The notes below the pieces were generated by a model. That model saw nothing but the letters and a program-made list of their open reading frames with translations. It ran no database searches and had not been told where the DNA came from. From assembly GCF_052425735.1 (NCBI RefSeq), contig NC_135764.1:24242001-24306000 (forward strand): DNA of 64,000 bases. Direction: 5' to 3'. This DNA comes from Oculina patagonica. Taxonomy: Eukaryota. Made by a program: the position numbers and the translations under genes. Shown in pieces: positions 57,136-64,000 of the stretch (within the stretch, counting starts at the first letter, position 1; each line of letters opens with the position of its first letter).

Positions 57136-58052
57136 CAAGCTAGCTGTTTTTAAATGAAGTTAAACAAAACAAAAACTACGTCATTTCAACAAGAAATTGA
57201 GTGGGGATGAAAACGTCAATACTCGATACGAAGACCTAAAATATACGTCATAACAAATAACGCGTCATTTTTTTAAATTTATAACAGTTTAATCAGTAAA
57301 TGTTGTGAATTGAAAAATAGACCATCAAAAAACTCTTGCTTTCAGTCTGTAATCAGGTAGGAAAACGGCATTACATGCACCGAGGAGGGGAGTGGATAGA
57401 TAGTCGGCACTTTTCTTTGAAGACATGTCGGTGGAAACGGTGCAATTCTGTGTCAATCAAGCCGTTGCTAAAAATAAACACATCACCCAAAACTTTGTTT
57501 ATCTCGGAAGGGTTTTAATATCAATGTATACATTGAAATGCGTGTAGAATGCGAACAGAGGCGGATATTGCGTTTGATGTTTCATTTACAGCCGGATTTC
57601 TCACCTGATGTTTCACGTCATGAGAATATATATATTGGTAGTCTCCTGGCAACAATACAAACTGAAACATTCAAAACAGCACCCATCGCAACAAACAACA
57701 ACAACAAAAATAAAATAAAAGTAAAACCAATTTCTGGGCCAATTTTTGATTTGCCTAAATACATGGTTATCTAAGTAGAAAATCACAAGTGATTTAATAT
57801 AACGGTATGTTAATTAAATGCCCATGATCTGTCCCACGATGATTCGAGTTTTATGAAAACAACACTGACAGTGTTTGCAAAGTGAATTCTAATAATAGGA
57901 TTTAAATATAATAAATATAATACTCATGACGAAATAGATATTCCACTATGACGCAAGCTTTATTTCATCCCCGGTTTTGTAGCCAAGCAACTTACAAAAC
58001 AAAAAACTAACAAACAAAAACAGAGCGAGCTCCTCATTATCTAGGTTAAACA

Positions 58053-58702
58053 GTTTCCATGACAACGTTGGGATTATCCCTTAGAAACGATACGTTAATT
58101 AAATGCACATGATTTGTTCAACGATGATTCGAGTTTAATTAAAACAACACAGTGATTGCAAAAAATTCTATTAATAGGATTTCGAATATAAAAATATAGG
58201 AACCATTTTAAAGAGATGTTTTAAAATATAATACTCATGACGAAACAATCACGTGGAACGAGATTGATGACGAAATAGATAATCCACCATGACGCAAGCT
58301 TAACAGGAGGACAAAACGAAGCTGTTCCACAGAAAAGCTGTTCTTCATGCACTTTCCAGCTGGCTGAGAAAAAAATTCAACCCATCTGGCTGGCCGTGTT
58401 TTTTTTGTAATCAGCAGTTTTCTTGCTTTCTAAAGTATAACCATGTAAAATTTCATAAAAATCTAATGACTGGTTCGTTAGAAATCGTGCGTTTGAGCTT
58501 AACTCATCTCCGGTTCTGTAGCCTAGCAACAAACAAAACAAAAAACAAACAAACAGGAAAACAGAACGAGCTCCTCGCAATCTTAGTTAATCAGTTTCTA
58601 TGACAACGTTAGGATTGTCTCGTAGCAACAAACAAAACACAAAGCAAGCAAATCGAAAAACAGAACCCGTCACAATTTAGGTTAAACGGTTTCCATGAGA
58701 AC
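58053..58702. promoter_or_regulatory. Three RFX X-box-like motifs in a locally duplicated segment
   Basis: GTTTCCATGACAAC 58053-58066, GTTTCTATGACAAC 58594-58607, GTTTCCATGAGAAC 58689-58702. Confidence 0.5.
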
Positions 58703-59112
58703 GCTTACTATCCTTTCTTGCGAGAACCTTCACGTGCAAACAGAAATGTACTTCATCACGTGTGTAGAAAACTCGTTCTCGTGATGCGAAAAATCACCTT
58801 CATCGCAATCTATCTGGGCACCAGTACGCACTCGTTCGCTGGAACGCATTATTATTTTCCCAGCTATAAGTCTCTTTAGCTATATAAATTCACTACCAAA
58901 CAAACAATTCAAAGCAGCCGGCATTCCTAAAACTCTTACATAAAACGAAAATTCGCGTAGATTCCTTCTATTTCTATCAAAACACGCTGATGTTTTTGAG
59001 CCTCGTGGCGTTATACTCATTTGCATTTTATTTTGCATGATAATTCACAAGTCAATTTGCGGCACCCGAAAATATTTTGAGTTTGAAAGAAACATCGTAA
59101 TTATAGCTTTAG

Positions 59113-59143
<31 letters not shown>

Positions 59144-59622
59144 AATGTAGAAAAACGTAATTTTAAAAAAGTTATTACTCATAAAAAGCAATGGTGGTTA
59201 AAACACTGTACTTGATTAAACAAATCAAATCACAATCAATCAGAAGCTATTACACAGTTGCACAACCAAAATAAAACAACGAACAAGCTAACTAAAGCCT
59301 TTTGCGAAGCCACAGTCAGGCGCATAGACGCAATTTTATACCTAGCGCGCGCGTAAAGGAGAGCGCAAATTTTTTAAAAGTAATATCAACAGTACAACGC
59401 CGATTATAGTTCCTGTCTACAATAAATCTGGTTCTCATGATAAATATTATGTTCAAGTTCGTATCATGTAATCCACAAATTTCCGTTGCGTTCGTGCGAT
59501 TTCCTATGACAATTTCTTGTTGCGGCGTTCAACAGCGCAAAGCCATGAAATAACATATTGTGAATATATTATAAGCAAGGCCAACAGAGTGACGAGATTC
59601 AAACAACTTTCCAGCAGTAAGT

Positions 59623-61308
59623 TCAGGATTTTTGTCCCTCATTGTAAGATAACACGATAACTGAATTCGGAAATTCACTGTTCTTGCTACACGTGGCGAC
59701 AAGTCTGCCCTCGGGTGTCACAGTAAAATCAAGAAGCCCCGATATTGTATCAAACTCTGAAACGCACGCGCCGGTGACGTCATACACTCTCATTTTGTTG
59801 GAAAAATGTTGGTAAACTAGAACCACGCGCTTAAACGGGTCAGCGGCAATACGTAAAGGATGCCCCAGGCCTTCCTCGTTCCAAAGTGGCTGTTTTCCAA
59901 ATTCGTTGCTAAAGTGGCCATCCGCCTCAAAAACTTTCACGGATCCTTGATTTTCCACCTCGTTGCTGTCAGAAAAGATGAGTTTGTTGTTTAGAAAGAC
60001 GCCTTTTTGAGGGTGGAACAGGCCATTCTTTTCATCGCTTCCTAAGGGTAGTTCGAGTTTGCTTTCATCTCCTAACACATCTGGCGCTTCCAAGCTGTTT
60101 GTGTAGTACACTGCAATGATTTTTTTGCCTCTACTCGATGCCGAGGCAAACGAAGTGACGCAGGCTGGCCCTTTGAGATTGGCAATGACGCGTAAGTGCT
60201 CACCGGAAATAGCCATTTCCAGGAGACATCCACTTCCGGTAGAAGGCGAGTACTCGGCAACTGCAAACGTGTTGCGTGATATAAATGTCACGCCATACAC
60301 CTCCAACGAGTTGCTTCGGCTTCCGTACGGCTTGGCAACGTGACGTAAAAATTCACCTTTGGGGTTAAAAATGTGAATGCAGTTATTTCCTCTGTCCACG
60401 ACAGCTATGTGGCCGTTTTCGCTGACGGACAGTGCCCAGGGACGAAATTTTTCTGAGAGGGGGCTCGGTGGAGAGATAGTGGCAATAACTTGCCCCGATT
60501 TTCTCGGCGTTTTCTCGCTTTTGGGTGAAGAGCGTTTCGCCGGTTTCGATGAAGCTGAATTGAGCCGTCCATTTCCGGTTTCTTTGCCTCTTTTATAATC
60601 CACTTTCCCAAGCGGTTCTTCAAAGCATGCTTCGTTCACCATAAACGAAATCTCGGTCGAGGAATCTTGATTCTTCTCCATTAGAGCGTGTTTTCTTTCG
60701 TTAACCGCCTGTAATTCCTCTTGTAGTTGATTCAAAAGCAAGGCGCTACTATCCCTCCCTTGCTTAAACTGGCTTTGATGTCGCTGTACAACTTGAATAA
60801 TATGGTGGGCTTGTAACGCAAAATCTGCTACTTCTTGCTGTTTTTCTCGTTTCTCTGCCTCGATGACTCGATCGACTTCTTTGTATAACTCCTGCTCTTT
60901 CGCTAAAATGACCTCAACTAACTCTTCGGCCGTGTTTCGAATCTCTTGTTTCACACGGCTCTCCTGCAGGGATAATGATGAATGAATGTTATGTTCAATG
61001 TCTCGGATGGCAGTAGCCAGGTCATTCTTGTATTCCTGCGTGAACGTCAAAAGTGCTTGCATCTCTGTAATTGGCGATTGATCCTTGCGATTACTTGAGA
61101 CTTCAACCAAAAGTCCCTTGGTCGGTAGGCTATCGATTCCGTTGTTCGCCAGAGGAAATTCATGCTCGTCAATTGGACAGTGGACGGATGTTTGTGCACG
61201 GTTTTCAATTTGAATACAATGAGTGCATACGCTATGCGAACACGGAAGGCATTTGAGTTCATACTGCGAACCGCCACAAAGGGAACATTTGTGCCTCGGG
61301 GAATTCAT
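59623..61308 (-). CDS. RING / coiled-coil / NHL-repeat (TRIM-NHL-like) E3 ligase, single coding exon, 561 aa
   Basis: CSLC..LPCSHSVCTHC..CPID RING; E/Q/K-rich helical segment; NHL-like repeats (RPWALSVSENGHIAVVDRGNNCIHIFNPKGEF). Confidence 0.8.
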   Translation of the reverse strand: MNSPRHKCSLCGGSQYELKCLPCSHSVCTHCIQIENRAQTSVHCPIDEHEFPLANNGIDSLPTKGLLVEVSSNRKDQSPITEMQALLTFTQEYKNDLATAIRDIEHNIHSSLSLQESRVKQEIRNTAEELVEVILAKEQELYKEVDRVIEAEKREKQQEVADFALQAHHIIQVVQRHQSQFKQGRDSSALLLNQLQEELQAVNERKHALMEKNQDSSTEISFMVNEACFEEPLGKVDYKRGKETGNGRLNSASSKPAKRSSPKSEKTPRKSGQVIATISPPSPLSEKFRPWALSVSENGHIAVVDRGNNCIHIFNPKGEFLRHVAKPYGSRSNSLEVYGVTFISRNTFAVAEYSPSTGSGCLLEMAISGEHLRVIANLKGPACVTSFASASSRGKKIIAVYYTNSLEAPDVLGDESKLELPLGSDEKNGLFHPQKGVFLNNKLIFSDSNEVENQGSVKVFEADGHFSNEFGKQPLWNEEGLGHPLRIAADPFKRVVLVYQHFSNKMRVYDVTGACVSEFDTISGLLDFTVTPEGRLVATCSKNSEFPNSVIVLSYNEGQKS

Positions 61309-64000
61309 CTCTAAAGCTAAAACTACTCGCCAAATAAGCTAGCAAATGGAAAGTAAGAGCAAAGGATGAAAGTATCATCTGTCGATGATGTGAAATCTAT
61401 GGTATTTACAAGTAATTAATCTCTATAAACCGGATCTTAATTGTTTCTCAAAGTCGGAGTTTAGTCACGTATTCAAATGTACGAAAACAATTAAAAGCAA
61501 TAATAGTCAATTGTTGACATTCTTTACTATCAATTAAACGTAATTGAATTCACCGCTTGTTAAAAATAGAAGTCAATGAGTTGTTTACTTCGTTGGGAAT
61601 GCATATCTCACGCATATCATTTGTGGCACGCGTATCTGACATGACCGGTCGACCGCAGGAAATAAATTCCGATGTTACGCATGGCATCCGATTCGTGCAA
61701 CTCAGCAGTTGTCTGCAAACATACCATGACTGCCAAGTAAAGAAATTAAAATTGCAATTAAAGAAATTGCAAAGGAACTAAGGAAGAAGAATGGACAAAA
61801 AGAGCTTCAACGGGATTTAAACCTGTCACCTCCGCGATAACGGTGCGATACCAAGGCCGGACAGAATTTGTGATGCACTACAGGTGCGTCCTCGGGGGAG
61901 GGCTCCAGGGGCTTTGGACCCCCCACTCCCCCCCCCCTCTACTTTTCAGTTTAACGTATTGCAAATGATAAGAATGGAGAACAGAATCATAAGAAGGCAG
62001 AGAGCTAAAATGATTTTTAAACCGTGCGGTTCCTCAAGGAATTCTTCTTTTAAAAAACGTAACATACACATGCGTTCTGAACGGCTGTAGAACAACCTTC
62101 CTGGGACGTGATGAGTCCGTGATGTCCCCTCTTCCTTTTCAAAAAGGCTGGGGACGCCCTGAACTAGCGTCACGATATACAAATTCTACTTTTCGCTTTG
62201 ACTGTTTACAGCCCTTTATGCTATCTCGCGTTTCTCTTTGATCGTTGAACGCGGAAAAAGAATCGCGAGAGAGCTGGACACCAGCGCAAAACGGGACCTC
62301 GTACTTGGCTCGCTGTTTCTCTCGAGTTCTTTTGCGTTTAAACGTTTTGCAAGCCTTAGGAAAACGCTACTATTTTTGTAGCGAAGTGGTTCGCGCAACT
62401 TGTCCCGCAAATTTGTTGCGCGACAAAGTTGCACAAAACATTGCCTGATGTGCCAGCACTTTCTTTGGCCTAACTTTACCATTTTAATTCTAAAACAGAT
62501 TAAAAAAACTTGCAAGCAAATTGCGAGAAATGTTACGTTAACCCTATTTCTTCATTATTTCGTCAAGATCTGCAAACTACACGACTAAAATCAAATTATT
62601 TAAAACGTTTCTAAGCACGCTTCGTGTTAAAAGAACATGCCTAATTCAACTTTGCAAAATTTTCCGCAGAAGAATTCGACGAATTTCCGTTTCTCATTTG
62701 TCTCGTGAAAATCAAGAGCAATCCCGCCTAAGAAGAGGTACTTGTCCCGTAATAAGCGATTCTAATCCCATAAGGTAAAAATCCAGCCCGAAGCAAGACG
62801 TATCACTTCCATAAACATGCAAGGATGATTGAGCCGAGTTTACACGAGCAATTTTTGTGACAATTTTTAAGTGACAGATATACTTGATCGTGTAGACGAC
62901 ACAACAATTATTTGTCGGAAGTTCAAAGTTCAGTGCGCCATTAATGACCTTGAACAGCAGAGATACGCACAGAGATACGCGCGCACAGTGCTCAGCACTA
63001 TTTGTCACATAAAAATTGACAAATTTTTTTCATCTACACGAGAAAATAAAAATTGCCACATAAATTTTGCTCGTGTAAACCCGACTTAAACGTTACATCG
63101 AGAAAGAAAAAATATTTATTCGACATATCCACGTTTTTATTTTGTTTGGATTTAATATATTTACAATTAAGAAAATATGAAAATTGCATATAGATGTTAC
63201 AATTTATATTCAATATGGCATATTATAATTGTCATTAAGGGGCAATATAAATTTATTTTTACTATGCTATAGAAAATACAGCTAATCAGAATACAGGAAA
63301 GCCGTTTTATATTCGACGGTATTCAACCCAACCTTCCACTAGTGCGCTGCGACCGCTTATTCTCGACGAAATTGAGTAAGCGTATGTTCTATGGCATGGT
63401 ATACGCGCCTCGTTGGCTATCTACTTAACAATTAGACGGCGAGCTCGAGGTTTCTATTTAACAATTAGATGGCAAGCTCGAGGTTTCGTCTAATTGTGTT
63501 AGCATAACCCACTGACCGATCTATTAAACACAAAATATAGCTAGAGTTAATTTATTGAAGGTTTTGATTGATAAAATTCAGCGAAGATTAAGCACGCTCC
63601 GAGAGCCTTCTACGGATCGATAGTAGGCACCTGTGTAGCCAATCAGATTGCGCGATTACCAATAGTAGGTTAGTGTGGTTATGCTAACATCTCATATCCA
63701 ACGCGGGCTCGTGGAATAATTGTTAAGTATACCACTCGAAAGGGTTGCCTAACTAGTATATAGTATTAGTAAAAGGTTCCCACAGATAACTCTTTTCAAG
63801 TGATAAAAATACGATTTCGTGTCATTATATCTATACACTTTAAAATATATATTACATTCTTGATATCAAAGAAAATTGTGAATTGGATTTAAATACTGTT
63901 CATTTATGGAGTTATTTAGACTTAAATAGCTACACTGAAATTGCGCGGTACATTTAACATCAATTATAATAGAAACAATAATGCGTTATGGCGAATTTTT

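Noticed and set aside
61800-61852. tRNA-like fragment
   Set aside because: Short, degenerate repeat remnant only.

Overview
Eukaryotic, intron-containing animal DNA. The repeat families and gene content suggest a cnidarian, probably a stony coral (inference). The window holds a tandem/inverted cluster of seven two-coding-exon clan-3-like cytochrome P450 genes: five intact, one with a W32* stop, and one frameshifted and cut by the window edge, plus a short CYP relic. It also has a six-exon alpha-tubulin, an intronless RING/coiled-coil/NHL (TRIM-like) gene, and a five-exon gene the ORF track misses, which has a duplicated exon pair and upstream RFX X-boxes. Intergenic DNA and introns are dense with transposons: a defective PHD-FLYWCH-MULE element carrying a higher-order minisatellite, nested TTAA (Kolobok-like) elements, a truncated Penelope retroelement, Harbinger- and Tc1/mariner-type MITEs, a tRNA-derived SINE and a ~205-bp satellite. 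Top observations: (1) a TNGCGTG xenobiotic-response-like motif upstream of all seven CYPs; (2) two minimal type-I hammerhead ribozyme folds, one apparently intact; (3) the hidden five-exon, putatively ciliary gene.
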